Shown here: positions 33,964 to 45,429 of the stretch, piece by piece
How positions within the stretch are numbered: the first letter of the stretch is position 1
Layout: every line of letters begins with the position of its first letter
Assembly: GCA_014905635.1 (NCBI GenBank)
Contig: JABVCE010000018.1
Location: 496,001 to 560,000 of the forward strand
DNA from: Scenedesmus sp. PABB004
Lineage: Eukaryota
DNA length: 64,000 nt
Reading direction: 5' to 3'
The notes under the pieces: model-generated
The model's database searches: none
Told to the model about the DNA's origin: nothing
The model's input: the letters and a program-made list of their open reading frames with translations, nothing else
Program-made: the position numbers and the translations under genes

Positions 33964-36149
33964 TCAGCGCAGGTCGATGACCTCGTGCGCCGCGGCGGGG
34001 TTGAGGTACACGTGCCCGCACAGCTCGTACGCGTCGGCGTTGCAGCCCGCGTGGAAGCCGCGCTGCCCGCACTTTTGGACGTGCGCGAGCCCCGCCGGCA
34101 CGGTGAGGCGGAAGATGCCACACTTTTTGCTGCTGTCGGTCGGCGCCATCACGATGGCCACCGCCTCCTCCAGCATCGTCTGGTACCCGCACTGCGTGTG
34201 GATGTCGACGCTCGAGAGGAAGCAGCTCTGCGTCGGGTGCGTGTGGATCCAGCCGAGCGGCACGAGCTCGCGCGACGCCTGCGGGCGCGGCGCGGCGGCG
34301 GCGGGGGGGGGGGGGGGGGGGGGGCGCTCGCTCGCGGCGCCCGCGGCGCCCGCGGCGCGCGCGCTGTGCCCCCCGCTCCCGCCCCCGCCCCTGCCCCGGC
34401 TGCGGGCGCCTGCCGCGGGCCCTGCCGCGCGCGCTGTGCGCGGCCCCTCACCTCCGCCTCCCAGACCTCCTCCTCTCCCAGCATCTCCACGGTGTCGCTC
34501 GTCCCCGTCTGCTTTGGCACGATGAGCGTCGTGACGGTGAAGCGGCTGTCCCCCGCCGACAGCCGCCCCGCGAGGATGCCGCACGACTCGACGCCCCTGC
34601 GCGGCGCGCGCACGGCGGGGCCGGCGGCGGCGGCGCGCGCAGCGCAGGGCGGGGCCGTCGGCGCGGCGCGCAGGGCGGGGCCGTCTGCGCGGCGCGCCCG
34701 CCCGCCCGCGCGGCGTGCCCGCGTGGTCGTGCGCCGCACCGGCGCGTGTTGACCGCGGCGTAGTGCAGGAAATCGTTCATAAGCGCGACGCTGATGTGGA
34801 CGTCGCGCAGGTCGACAACCTTGGGCGGCGCCTTGGGCCCCGCCGCGGCCGCGGCGGCGGCCTCGGCGACCGCGGGCAGGCCGACGGGCGCGAGCGCGCA
34901 GCTGCCGCCGGGGTGGCCGCCGGCCGGCGACATCGACCCCACCTCCACCTCCTGCGGCCCGAGGCTCGGCCCCGCGCTCGGCCGCGGCGCAAACGCGGCG
35001 TCGAGCGCGGGGCCGGGGCCCTGCCCCGGCGCGCCGCCGCCGCTGCTGCCGAGCGACAGGCCCGCCATGCCCGCCGCCGCCGCCGCCGCGCCGCCGCCGC
35101 CGCCGCCCGGCTGCGCCCACAGCGCGTCGATGGGGCTGCTGTCAACCGCCGGGTAGCGCGGCCGCGCGGCGCCGCTGCCCTGCTGCTGCAGGGCGCGCGG
35201 CGCCGGCTTGGGCGCAAACAGCGCGTGCTTCTGCAGCGCCTGCGCGCTGCTCGGCGCGTAGTGCCCGCTGCTGTACGACACCGGCGCCCAGTCGCCGCCC
35301 GGCGCGCCCGGCGCCGCGGCCGCGCCGGCGCCGGCGGCGCCGCCGCCCGACCGCGGCGGCCACTCCAGCTGCGCGCCGCCGCCGTTGCCGCCGCCGCTGC
35401 CGCTGCCGCCGCTGCCGCCGCCGCTGTAGGCCGCGGGGATGCCGGCGGCGGCGGCGGCCGCCGCCGCTGCCGGCGGCGCGTCCGCGCCTGCCCAGTCGAT
35501 GCCTGGCAGCTGGCTGCCTGCGTCGGTGATCTGCACCGTGTTGGACGGCCGCCGCAGCGTGTAGGCGCGCGGCGTGCGGATGTCCTTGGTGCAGAGCACG
35601 ACCTTCAGCCGCTCCGCCTCGGCAAACGCGGCCTTGACCGCCTGCGTGTAGCGCTGGTGCCGCGCGCTGCCGCGGTCGCACGCGCGGTGCCGCGGGATGG
35701 TCTCCACCACCAGGCTGCGGTGGAGGCGCGGCGCGGCGGCAACGGGGCGGCGCTCGGCAGCAGCGCGGCGAGGCGCTCACGCCGGCGGCGACGGCCGCGG
35801 CCGCGCGCGCGCCGCGCGCGCGCGCTGCCTGTCGACGCGGCGCCCACCTGATGAGCCGCATGAGCATGACGTACAGCTGCTCATCGTTGCTGGCCGTGCG
35901 ATACGCGCACGCCTGCGCAGGCAGCGCGGGCGGCCCTGGGCGGCGGCGGCGGCGGCGGCAGGCGCAGCGCGGCAGGCGCGGCGGCAGGCCGGCAGCGCGG
36001 CGCGGCGCGGCGCGCGCCTGCGCCTGCAGCAGGTCGGCGGAGCGGTAGTACTTGTCCAGCGGCAGCGTCTGGCTCACGGGCACGGTGGGGGCCTGGGAGT
36101 TGAGGTAGCCCACCAGCCCCGTGGCGCCCTTGCCGCGGGGCGCGGGCAT
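33964..36149 (-). CDS. AMSH: AMSH-like JAMM/MPN+ deubiquitinase
   Basis: N-terminal YYRSADLL..LYVMLMRL..ETIPRHR (USP8-dimer/MIT-like); ESCGILAG; GWIHTHPTQSCFLSSVDIHTQCGYQ; EAVAIVMAP; C..RGFH. Confidence 0.92.
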
Positions 36150-36515
36150 GGCGCGCGCTGCTGCTTCACGGCATCACTGTGCCGGGCGTTGGGCGGTCTG
36201 CTGCAAGCCTTGCGCGCTGCGGCTCCGTCGAGGGGTAGAGGACGTCGAGGCGCTGCCGGGAGAGGGCCGCGGAGCGTTGGAGTGCGCGATCCCACGCCAT
36301 GCGGTGCAGCAGCAGCGGACCGGGCGGCTTGGAATCGGCCCCTGAACCGCAGCCAAAGCCAGACCGGTCAAACGCCGGGCTCGCGCGCCCGCCACTGCTC
36401 CGGCAAGCCGAGCGCCGCCCCAGCTCGCCGGGCGCGGCGGCAGCGGCCGCGGCAGCGGCGCGCGACCGGCGCCGCGCGCGCGCCCGCGCCTCTCCGCCGC
36501 CCGCGCCCGCCCGCC

Positions 36516-38908
36516 ATGCGCCGCCTGGGCGCGGCGCGGGGGGTCACGCCGGCGGCGCCGCCGACGCCGCCAGCGCCCCGCGCCGCCGGCCGGCGCTGCT
36601 CGCCGGCGGCGCCGCTGCGCGCGGCGGGCCAGCGCGCAGCGGAGGGCCTGGACCTGGACGCCATCGACGCCCTGTTTGAGGCCGCCAGCGCTGCACCGAG
36701 CGCCGGCGCCGACAGGGAGCGGCAAGCGGCGAAGCGGCAGGAGCAGCAGCAGCAGCCGCCGCTGGCGCCTCCGCCGCAGCGCGCGGGCGGCAAGGCGCTG
36801 CCGCGGCGAGGGGGGCAGCTACCGTGGGGCCGCAGTGGCGGCGGCGGCGGCGGCGCGGCTGCGCCCGCCGGCGGCGCCGACCGCCTGCGGCAGATGCGCG
36901 CGTCCAGGGCGGCGCCAGCGACGGAGCCGCCGCCGCCGTCACAGCAGCAGCAGCAGCTTGAGCAGCAGCAGGCGCAGCAGCAACAGCAGCGAGCGGGCCG
37001 CAGCGGCGGCGCGGACGACGGCGACGCCGCCGAGCAGCCGGCTGCCCCGCTGAACCCCTGGCAGCTGCGGCAGCGCCAGGCAAAGCTGAGGCGCCAGCGC
37101 GAGCGCGACGCGCAGCTCGCGGCGGCGCGGCAGCGCCAGCTGCGGGCGCAGGCGTGGGCAGAGGGCGAGGACGAGGACGAGGACGAGGAGGGCGAGGCGG
37201 AGCGGCTGGAGGCGCGGGCGGCGCGCGTGCTCAGCAGGGGCACGTTTGTGCCCTCGCCGGCCGCGCTGCAGCGGGAGCGGCAGCAGCAGCGGCAGCAGCA
37301 GGCGCAGGCGCAGCAGGCGAAGCAGGCGCAGCAGGAACAGCAGCAGCAGCAGGAGCAGCAGCAGGCAGCGGCGCGCTGGCGGGTTGAGGCGGCGCTGACG
37401 GCGGCGCCGACGCCGCAGCGCGCGGGCTCGCTCGCGTCCGCCCCAACCGAGCAGCCGGCGCGGATGGCAGCAGCGCCGGCCCCGCCCCAGCAGCGCCAGC
37501 GCCCGCAGCCGTCGCTCGTGGGCGTGGTGCTGTCGCCGCGTCGCGCGCGCGCGCGACCTCCAGCGCCCGCCTCGCCGCCGCCGCAGCTGGTCGCCATCGC
37601 CGCCGCGCCGCCTGCGGCTCCGCCGGCGCAGCAGCCTCCCCCGGCGGCGCGGCGGCGCGCGAGCTTGGCCAGGCGCCGCTCGTGGTGCTGGGCGGCCAGG
37701 CTGCTGGTTCGGAGGTGGTTTGGAGCCAGCCGGCGACGCTGGAGGGGCCGCTGGAGGGGCACGCGGCCGCTGGAGGGGCCGCTGGAGGGGCCGCTGGAGG
37801 GGCACGCGGGGCACCGCCCGGCGGCGGCGCTGGCAGCAGCAACAGCAGCGTGGCGAAAGACGTGGCCGCAGCTGGCGCTGGCAGGGCCAGGTATCGGCGC
37901 GGCGGCCGGGGCCAGTCGCTGCAAGGCCTCGCCACGGGGCCGGGGCCCCAGGTGGCGGCGCCGGCGGCGCCGGCGGCGGCGGCGCCGGCGGCGGCGGCGG
38001 TGGCGCAGGAGCAGCAGCAGCATTCGCAGCAGCAGCCGCAGCCGCCGGCCGCAGCGGCGCTGTCTGCCGACGGTGCCGAGCCGGAGCAGCTGGCGCGGCT
38101 GGCGGCGCAGCTCGGCGCCGGCGGCGACTGGCGGCGACTCGCGGGCGCGGCGCTGCCGCAGCTGTTTGACCCCGCGTGGCACAGCAGCCTCTACACCCTC
38201 ATGCTGGATGTCTGGGCGGCGGCGCTCCACCGCGCCAAGGCGGCCGGGCCGGCGGCGGCCGCCGCGGGGCCCGCCGGCGGCTGGGCGCTCGCGTGCCTGC
38301 GCCACCCCGCGCGGCGCGTGTGGGCGAGCGCCGTGCTGGCGCTGCTCGACGCGCTCGCGACGGACGAGCCGGGGCGGGTGGCCCCCGCGGTGGCGCTGCT
38401 GCCGCCCGAGCTACTGGAGCAGCTGGTCCTGCCGGCGGCGGCGGCGCTGGACGATGAGCTGCACGCCGCGCTGCTCGCCGCGCGCGCGGCCACCGGCCAG
38501 CCGCCCCCGCCGGCGGGCGGAGTGGCGGCGCCGCACCCGCTCGTCGGCCCCGCGCCCTGGGCGGCCGAGCTCGAGGCGCTGCAGCGCCGGGCAGGCGCGC
38601 CGGGCAGCGCGGACGAGGCGCCGCCGCCCGCCGCCGTGCCCGGCGCGGACGAGGCGCCGCCGCCCGCCGCCGTGCCCGGCGCGGACGAGGCGCCGCCGCC
38701 CGCCGCCGTGCCCGGCGCGGACGAGGCGCCGCCGCCCGCCGCCGTGCCCGGCGCGGACGAGGCGCCGCCGCCCGCCGCCGCCGTGCCCGGCGCGGGGCAG
38801 GTCGACGCGGCGCTGGCGGAGCTGGCGGCGCTGCGAGCGCTCTACCCGGGCGCGGAGCTGCCGGCGCTGGCGCACATGGCGGAGCGGCATGGCGTCTGGC
38901 AGGACTGA
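36516..38908 (+). CDS. Hypothetical protein with transit-peptide-like N-terminus; frame change near 37645
   Basis: gccATG start. Two consecutive codon-biased frames: GLDLDAIDALFEAA..NPWQLRQRQAK, then LPQLFDPAWHSSLYTLMLDVW..HMAERHGVWQD. Confidence 0.55.
38609..38791 (+). repeat. Coding minisatellite, 5 x 36 bp (ADEAPPPAAVPG)
   Basis: gcggacgaggcgccgccgcccgccgccgtgcccggc repeated five times; last copy has an extra gcc. Confidence 0.95.
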
Positions 38909-38980
38909 CCGCGGAGGGACGTGAGCGCGCTCGAGTTAAATGACCGAGAACTCACGCCGCCGCGGGCTCGCCGGCGTACG

Positions 38981-40220
38981 TCAGCTCAGCCAGCCGCGCC
39001 AGCACCCGCCGTGCGGCGTCGACGTCGGCCGGCCGCAGCCCCGCGGCAGCGAGCCAGCTGCCATCCCGCAGTGCCGCCACGGCGCCGCCCCGCCCGCGCA
39101 CCACGGCTCGCGCGCCGCCTCGGCGTGTTGCTCAGCCACGCGCGCGCCCGCAAGCTGCAGCGCTGCCGCCGCGAGCACCGCCGCGTCGCAGGCCGCGGCG
39201 AGGCGGGTGTACGCGAGCGCGTCGTTGAGCAGCGCCGCGCCCGCGCCCGCGACGGCGCGGCTCGCGCCGAGGAGGCGGCAGAAGTTGAACAGGTGCTTGT
39301 GCGGCTGCGGCACGACGAGCTGGAAGCCCATGAGGCGCAGCAGCACCTGCTCCGCGGTGAACAGCCGGTCCTTGGCCGCATAGTAGACGTCGCCCACCGC
39401 GACGACGCCGTCCGCCGCGTCCGCGGCGACGCCGTCCCCGCAGCCGCCGCCGCCGCCGCCGCCGTCTCGCTGCTCGCCCGGCTGCGGCGGCTCCCCCGAC
39501 GGCGGGCCCGGCGTCACCGCCTGCTGCTGCTGCTGCTGTGCAGCCGTCTCCTGCTGCTGCTGCTGATGGCCTGGCTGCAGCTGCGGCTGCAGCCAGGCCC
39601 CGCCATGCGCACCCGCCCCGCCATGCTCTACGCCCGCCTGCGGCGGCTGCTGCTGCCCTGGCCGGTCCCGCCGCTCCTGCTGCTCCCGCTGCAGCGGCGC
39701 CAGCGCCTCGAGCAGGCGCCGCTGGCTGGGGTGCGCGAGCAGGCGCGCCGCGTTGATGAGCTGGTTGGCCGAGACGTTGACCTGCGTGGCGTGGCGCGGC
39801 GCGGCCGGGCAGCGCGGCGGCTGAGCGCGCACGCGTCGCAGCGTGGTGGCACGCGGCGCGCGCGCGGCCGCACCTCCTCAACCTTGGCGGCGACGTAGAT
39901 GCAGGCAGTGACGAGCTCCTGCGCCGCCAGCAGCGGCAGCGGCGGCGAAGCTCTATTGTCGGCGGCAGCGCATCGCGCGCGGCGCCGCTGGATGGCGGCA
40001 GCGCCGCCGGCGGCGGTGGCGGCTGCATGCGCACGCCCACCTGGCCGCTGAGCGTCCACGCGTGGCCGCCGCCACGCGCCCGGTGCAGGAAAGCGAACGC
40101 GGTCACGGCCGCTGCCGGCGGAAGCGCGAGCACCGCCGCAAGCGCGCGCAGCAGGCGGCAGTCGTCCAGGTAGGGCGTGGCCAGCAGGTCGGGCGGCGGC
40201 GGCGCGCCGGCGGCGGACAT
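38981..40220 (-). CDS. Transcriptional cyclin (cyclin L/Q(FAM58)-like)
   Basis: AVTAFAFLHR..LVTACIYVAAKVEE (cyclin box); KDRLFTAEQVLLRLMGFQLVVPQPHKHLFNF; ALLNDAL. Confidence 0.8.
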
Positions 40221-40477
40221 GCGCCGCGCCGCGACTGCAGCGGCGGGCGGCGCTGCTGGCGGCGGTGCTGGCGGGAGCAGCGGCAGTCAATCTGCGAAGG
40301 TGATGCGCGTGCGGAGTGCCATGCGCCGGAGCACGCGAATCGGGGGAGGCGGCAGGGCTCAAGCCTGGGCCCGCCGCGGCGGCGGCGCCGCCGCTGCGCC
40401 GGAGCCCGCACCGCGCCTCCTCTTGCCGCCACTCACTCTCCAGGCGCGGCTCTCGCGCCGAGCGCGCTCACTCCATC

Positions 40478-42923
40478 ATGCACGCGGCGGCGCGCCCGCG
40501 CTGTGCGCCGGCGCGCGGCGCGGCGCCGCGCGGCAGCAGCGTCGGCCGCCGCTGCCCGCGCGCAGCTGCCAGGGACGGTGGCGGCGCCGCCCAGCAGCCC
40601 CAGCGCCCGCCCGGCGCGACGACCAAGCCGCGGCGGCCGGGGCTGTTCGGGCAGCAGGCTGGCGACGGCGGGCGCGAGGCGCAGCAGCAGGCGCCGCGGC
40701 CGCCCGACGCTGCGCGGCCGCTGGCCGAGGAGCTGCGCCGCGCGTTTGAGGAGCTGGTTGCGGGCCCACAGCAGCCGCCGCAGCAGGGGCAGCAGCAGCG
40801 GCAGCGGCAGCGACCGGGGCGGGCCGCCGGCGCCGCCGAGCGTGCGGCAGACGGCGAGCGGCGGCGCCTGGCGCGCAAGGCGCGCAGCGAGGCCATCCCG
40901 GCCGCGCCGAGCCCCTCCGCGGACGCCGCAATCTTCCAGGCGCTCACGCGCGAGTGGGATGAGCTCGCGACGCCCGAGGAGCGGCGCGGCGCGCGCGCCG
41001 CCGCGCGCAAGCCCGCGCGCGTCGGCCCGCCCGCCGGCGGCGGCGCCGGGCAGCTCCGCAGCGTGCGCCGCGCGCTCGCGCGCGAGGCAGCAGCCGGCTG
41101 CGGCGCCGTGGGCGCTCCCGCGCCCGGCGACGGCTCGCGCGCGGCCATGGCGGCGCGCGCGGCGGCGGCGACCGCGGCGGCGACCGCGGCGAGCACGCCG
41201 CCGACGGCCGAGGCGGCGGCGTCCGCCGCGGCGGGCGTGGGCCGCACGTTTGCGCGCGCCGAGGCGCTGCCGCCGGGCGAGTGGGAACGGCTGCGCGCCG
41301 CGCAGGGCGCCGGCCTGGCGGCCATCAAGATCGGCCGCCGCGGCGCGAGCCCGGCGCTCATCGCGCAGGTGCAGGCGGCCTGGCGGCGCAGCGAGGTCGC
41401 GCGGCTGGCCGTCCACGACGACCGCGCGTCGCGGCGCGCCAACCTTCCCCGTATCAACCTGCTGCTGCGGGAGCTCGAGGAGCGCAGCGGCGGCGTGCTC
41501 ATCGCGGCGGCGGGCAGCAGCGCCTGGCTCTACCGGTGCGGCGGCACGAGGCGCGGCGCGAGGGCCGGCAGCCGCGCGCGCGCCCCACCCGGCGCCAGGC
41601 CGGCGCGCCCAGCAGTCGCGCAGCGCCGCTCACCCCGGCGCCGCCGCGCGCCGCCGCAGCGGCCCCGACTGGGTGCCGCCGCCCGTCGCGCCGCCGTATC
41701 GCCCGCCGCCGCCGGAGGAGCTGCTGACCCGGGAGCTCGCGCCCCGCGGCGCGTGGCGCGAGCTGGGCGGCATCCGCTGTTACGTGGTGGGCAGCGCCGA
41801 GGCGGCTGGCCTCGGCGCCGCATGCGCCGTCGGCGACGCTGTGGCGGTGCTGCTGCTGCCAGACCAGTTCCCGCTGACGGAGTCAGACCTACTGCTGCAG
41901 GTGGGGCCCGCGCGTGCGGTTGCGCGTGACCGCGCGGCGACCGCGAGGCGGTGCGCCCACGCGCCGCCGCCGCCGCCGCCGCGCAGCTGGCGGACCGCGT
42001 GGCGGCCAAGGGCGCGCTGGTGGTGCTGCCGGACCTGCTGGGGCCGCCGCCCGGCCACGCCGGTGGCGCGGGCGACCACTGGCCGCCCACGCGCTGGCCC
42101 CTCGTCCGGCAGCGCGAGGCCGAGTACTTGGCTTGGAGCCAGGCGGGGCCCGGCAGCTGGGCGCAGCAGCGGCCGCGCCTGCTGGGGCTGCTGGAGGCGA
42201 TGGCGGCCGAGGGGCTGCACGACCCCGCCACCGCGCAGGGCGGCGCGCCGAGCGGCGCGCAGGCCGGCGGCGACGGCCGCGGCCGCCCGCTCGGCGCGCT
42301 GGGCCTGGGCTGGGGCAGCCACGTCGTGCTGCGCGCGGGCGGCGACGCCGCCGCGCTCGGCCTGGGGCTGCGCTGCGTCGCGGCACTCTCGCCGGTGACG
42401 TACCGCGCCGACGTGGACCTCGGGCGCGCGCTGGGCGTGCCCGTGGCGCTGCTGCCGGCCAAGTATGATGCCATGGAGCAGCTCATGCTCACGCTGGAGC
42501 TGGCCGGCCCGGCCTGGCTGGGGCGGTGTCTGTTCAAGCGCTTCGGCAAGGTGTGCGGCGCGGGGCGCGGGCAGGAGGCGCGGGAGGCGCGGCGCGGCGA
42601 TGGCGCGCCGGGCCTGCAGGCGGGCCTGCGCCGCGCGTTGCAGCTCAAGCCGCCGCCGCCGCCGCCGCCGCCGCCGCATGCAGCTCAAGCCCGGCTGGGC
42701 GAGCTGGCTGCCACAGTGGGACGACGAGCGCGCGATGTTCCAGGCCGCGGAGCAGCTGCGCCTGGCGGTGGCGTGGCTGCGCCGCGAGCTGCTGGGCGAG
42801 GCGAGCGACGTGCTGCCGCCGCCGCAGAGCGCCACCGAGCCGGCGGCCGCGCGCCCGGCGGGCGACGGCGACGAGGGCGGACAGCCGGCGCCAGCCGACG
42901 AGGCGGCGAGCGCGGCCGCGTGA
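40478..42923 (+). CDS. Organelle-targeted CRM (CRS1/YhbY) domain fused to a dienelactone-hydrolase-like alpha/beta fold
   Basis: CRM: EWERLR..IKIGRRGASPALIAQVQAAWRRSEVARL..LEERSGGVLIAAAGSSAWLYRG (splice restores YRG). DLH-like: PRGAWRELGGIRCYVVG..VLLLPDQF..LADRVAAKGALVVLPDLL..LGALGLGWGS..VPVALLPAKYD. Confidence 0.75.
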
Positions 42924-42993
42924 GCTGAGCGGCGTGCGGCAGCGCTGTTTGCAACTCGTCTGTCGCCACTCGCCGCCCCTCCCTCGGCTGAGC

Positions 42994-45075
42994 TCAGTCG
43001 TCGTCGCTCAGCATCAGGTCCAGGTGGCCGTCCACGTGCACCACCTCGCCGCGCGCGTCCACCTGCCGCGCCGGCGGCGGGGGGAGGTCGGGCCGCGGCG
43101 CCGGCAGCTGCATGGCGGCGCGCGCGCCCGGCGACCGGCCGACCCCTGCCCGCACCTCGCGCACGACCGCCGCCTCCAGCCGCCGCTCCTGCTCCTCCAG
43201 CTCCGCCTGCGGCGGCGGCGCCGCGTGGCGGCGGCAGTGCTCGCGCCGCGCGCCGGCCGCGCGCCGGCCGCGCGGCAGCAGCAGCAGGCAGCACCTGCAG
43301 GTGCGCGCGCGCGTCGACGTCGCCGAGCCAGCCGCGGCAGGACGGCGCGCCGCAGGCGCAGCGCGTGCGGGCGTGCGGCACCGCCGACGCGCGGTAGCAG
43401 TAGTCATACGTCACCTCCTCGCCCGCGGCGATGGGCCGGGCCGCAAAGATGCCCACGCACTGTTCGCCGCCGACCTGCGGCGCACGCGCGGCGGGCGGCG
43501 CGTGAGCGCGGCGGCCCCCGCGTCCGCCGGCGTCCGCCGGCTCTGCGTGACACGAAACGTGCGCCGCGGCGCCGCGCGCGCGCCTGCCACTTTTGCGTCT
43601 CCGCGTTGGGCGCGCAGCTGTGGTTGATGAACCGCGCCACGCCGCCGGCGGCCGTGGCGTCGATGGCCTCGTCGCGGCTGAGGTCCATCACGTACGTGTG
43701 CGCCGCCCCCGCCGCCGCGTACTCCTCGAGACGCCGCGCCGCCTCGGCGACCGGCACGACCTCGCCTGCGCCGGCGGCGGCGGCGGCGGCGTGGGGGGCG
43801 GGCGGGCGTGGCAGCGCGCGGGGGGAGGGGGGAGGGGCAGCGCTGGGCGCTGGGCGCGGGCGCTGGTGCGCGCGAGGGGCGCGGGGCGCCGCCCACCAAT
43901 GTACTCGGCCACGAGCTCGCCCGCGCGGATGGCCTCGCCCGCGACCACGCCCCAGCCCTTGCCGCCGACACGCACGACGCGCAGCGCGGGCGCCTTGCGC
44001 GCCGCAAAGGCGGCGTTGGCGCAGGCGTCGCCCGCCGGGCACGCGCCGGGCGTGCAGCAGACCTTGGACAGGCGGTTCAGGCAGCCGTCCTCGTCCCTGC
44101 CGCGGCGGCGGCGCCGGCGCGCGCGCTCGGCGGGCTGTCGCGCAGCGCGCGCTGCCGCGTCGGTCGGCCGCCGCCGCGCCGCGCACCTGCAGCGCTGGCC
44201 CAGCTCCGGGCGGCAGCCGCAGAGCGCGGGCTCGTCGTCGTCCGCCTGGCGCCGCGCGCGCAGCGGGAAGGTGTTGCGCCGGAGGACCTTGAAGCCAGGC
44301 GGCAGCGCGCCGCCGCCGCCGCCGCCGCCCAGCCCTGCCGTGGCGGCGCCGCCGCTGGCGTTGCTGGCGCTCCCGCTGCGCGCGCGGGCGCGTGCGGGGC
44401 CCTGCTTGGCGGCCGGCCGCGGGGCGGGCGAGCGCTCGTCGCGCGGCCGCTGCCCGCCGCTGGCCGGCCGTCGGCCGCCGTCCCGCTGCTGGCGCTCCCG
44501 CTGCTGCTGCTGCCGCTCCTGCTGCTCCTGCGTGGCCGCCGCGCGGTTGGCCGCGCGCGCCGCGTCCGCCACCGGCCGCGGCCGGCCCGCCAGCGTCTCG
44601 TACAGCGCGCACGCGCCGCAGAGCTGCTGCCGGGTGCCGGGCCCGCGCGGCGCGCGCCAGCTTCTGCCGCGCGGCGCCAGGAGGCACGAGCAGTTGGCGC
44701 ACGTGCCGCCGCCGGTCCCGCCGGCGGCGCGGAGGTCTCCGTTGTTGCCTTCGTCGTCGCTGGCCACGACGAAGCTGTCGCCCGCGAGCGCGACCGGCTG
44801 CAGCGCGCCGCGCGCGTCAGGCGCCCACAGGACCTCCACGCGCCAGCCGCCGCTGGCGGGCCCCTGCTGCTCCACGGCGCCGTCGGCCGGCGGGCCTCTG
44901 CGCGGCGTGCGGGCAGCGGCGGCGGTGGAGCGCGGCGTGAGTGCGGGCGACAGCGGCGGCAGCACGCCGGCGGCGACAGCGGCGGCAGCACGCCGGCGGC
45001 GGCGGCGGCGGCTGCGGCGGCACACCCGGCACGCGGCGGCGCGCGGCAGGGCGCCGGTCGCGCCTTGGCGCGCAT
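42994..45075 (-). CDS. SET-domain histone methyltransferase (ASH1/SET2 class; AWS-SET-postSET) with N-terminal GATA-like zinc finger; 5' end frameshifted or uncertain
   Basis: CGC..C..GCLNRLSKVCC..C..G.ACAN (AWS); KGWGVVAGEAIRAGELVAEYIGEV; IDATAAGGVARFINHSCAPNAETQKW; GIFAARPIAAGEEVTYDY; CACGAPSCRGWLG. Confidence 0.85.
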
Positions 45076-45429
45076 TTCGCCGGCCACGCCGCTGCTGCTC
45101 TCGCTGCGGGCGCTGCCGCCGGCCCCCCTGGCTGCGTGGGTCGGGGTGGTGATGGGTGGTGGTGTAAGCAGTCAGTGGGCACCTCCCTTTTTTGCAAGTG
45201 CGCTGCGCGTCGGCGGCCGGCGGGCTGCAACAGCTCGTCGTTCGGGTTTGAGCGCGCTGCGCCGCCGCAGCCCCGCTGGGGACCCGCGGGCTCGCTCCAA
45301 CCCCGCTGCTCGCACGGTTGCAGAGCCCAGCGCCTCCCCAGCACAGGGCGGCGCCGCACGCGCAGCAGCGGCGGCGGCAGCAGCAGCGGCAGCGGCAGCG
45401 GCGGCAGCAGCGGCGGCCGGCAGCTCGCC

